A stretch of DNA of 64,000 nucleotides from an uncultured Clostridia bacterium. Lineage in GTDB: Bacteria > Bacillota > Clostridia > Christensenellales > UBA1242. Positions 63,168 to 64,000 of this stretch are shown here, one piece after another (the stretch's first letter is position 1; every line of letters begins with the position of its first letter). The translations under genes and the position numbers were made by a program. The DNA lies in NCBI GenBank assembly GCA_944377485.1, contig CALWFB010000004.1, positions 12,582 through 76,581 of the forward strand, written 5' to 3'. The notes beneath the pieces are model-generated. The model was given only the letters and a program-made list of their open reading frames with translations. It had not been told where the DNA came from and searched no databases.

Positions 63168-64000
63168 TTAAATATCTATTTTTTTTATATCATTTATTGA
63201 AAAATCTAAATTTTCTAATCTTTCTTTTTCTTGTTGTGTTAGATGCTTGTTTGTATTTGCATTTACAAAAGCCATATATCTTTTTAACAATTTTTTTATT
63301 TTTTTATATTCTGTTTTCTTTGCTTCTGATATATGCTTCACCTTATTTTCTATTTGATTACACCATTCCTTTAATTCTTTGAATGAATTGTATTCTTTAA
63401 AAATTTGATATTTTCTGAACTCTTTATCATGTCTTCGATTATCTTTTTTATCTTTAAATATTTCCATATCAAACAATAAATATTTTATATCTTCTAATGG
63501 CCAGTGAGAAAATTCTTTTCCTTTAATAATATTAAATAATATTTTAGCATTTAATTTTCGTTTTTTATCTTCTAACTCAATTTTTGCACATAACAATTCT
63601 GGATTGTTTTCGTCAGTTATCAACTCTTTGCATTCATCGTAATATTCCCAAATTGACATCTCTCCCATTGTTTCGTTATAAAAGTTTTTATAACTTAATC
63701 TGTATGTTTCTTCGCCATAATATTCTAATAATTTGAATACAGCTTCATGCAACTTGTGAATGTCGGTAAATTCACTCTTATGTCTCTTTACTATTGCGTA
63801 TACCGCTTCTATTGGAATATATGTTTGTCTTGTATCTCTATATTTACAATAACTAATTTTTTCTCGAACTGTACTTTTGATTTGTTCTATGATGTCTGAA
63901 TAATCCATATTATTATAAATTTTATTCATTCCATATTCGTCATTAAATTCTTCTATTAATTTGTCAAATTTTTCTTCACTAAAATTAATCTCAAACCATT
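63168..64000 (-). CDS. paralog of the 61520-63076 kinase gene; begins beyond the right edge
   Basis: Frame is open to the window edge: WFEINFSEEKF...EEF..YG vs WFEQTFSDEKF...EEF..YG; also shares YIPxExVYAxxKRH and WxYYDECK. Confidence 0.75.
   Translation of the reverse strand, partial: WFEINFSEEKFDKLIEEFNDEYGMNKIYNNMDYSDIIEQIKSTVREKISYCKYRDTRQTYIPIEAVYAIVKRHKSEFTDIHKLHEAVFKLLEYYGEETYRLSYKNFYNETMGEMSIWEYYDECKELITDENNPELLCAKIELEDKKRKLNAKILFNIIKGKEFSHWPLEDIKYLLFDMEIFKDKKDNRRHDKEFRKYQIFKEYNSFKELKEWCNQIENKVKHISEAKKTEYKKIKKLLKRYMAFVNANTNKHLTQQEKERLENLDFSINDIKKIDI

Noticed and set aside
63168-63929. 253-aa ORF as a standalone gene or pseudogene
   Set aside because: The frame stays open and homologous to the neighbouring kinase gene up to the window edge, so it is edge-truncated.
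1-64000. CRISPR array, tRNA, rRNA or transposase
   Set aside because: None seen; the 22-nt tandem repeat near 20320-20363 has two copies and no spacers, and CCA-ending motifs belong to tmRNA and its relic.

Overview
Low-GC chromosomal window from a Firmicute, most likely a reduced-genome Clostridia lineage (rpsD inside the alpha operon, KOW gene before infA, spoVG, SipW-type signal peptide). Core content: pyk, tmRNA, smpB-rnr-secG, gpmI-tpiA-pgk, trpS, the str operon (rpsL-rpsG-fusA-tuf), the S10-spc-alpha ribosomal cluster, prfA-prmC-rpmE, murC, spoVG, recD2 and comF. Accessory content: two GT-C glycosyltransferases, a MuF-motif barnase/barstar pair in an islet at the tmRNA 3' end, a CoA-transferase, an acyltransferase, orphan paralog pairs, a 1069-aa GLUG surface protein, and tandem HipA-like kinases with a HipS-like partner. 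The most striking signal is not a gene. By eye I find only one GATC and two GTWAC (GTAAC/GTTAC) sites in 64 kb, and synonymous codons shift towards G/C to avoid them. This suggests strong selection by an unseen sequence-specific system. Also notable: a leaderless tandem-Trp ribosomal attenuator upstream of trpS, frequent leaderless genes, and divergent exit-tunnel loops in L4 and L22. All counts are manual and need computational confirmation.
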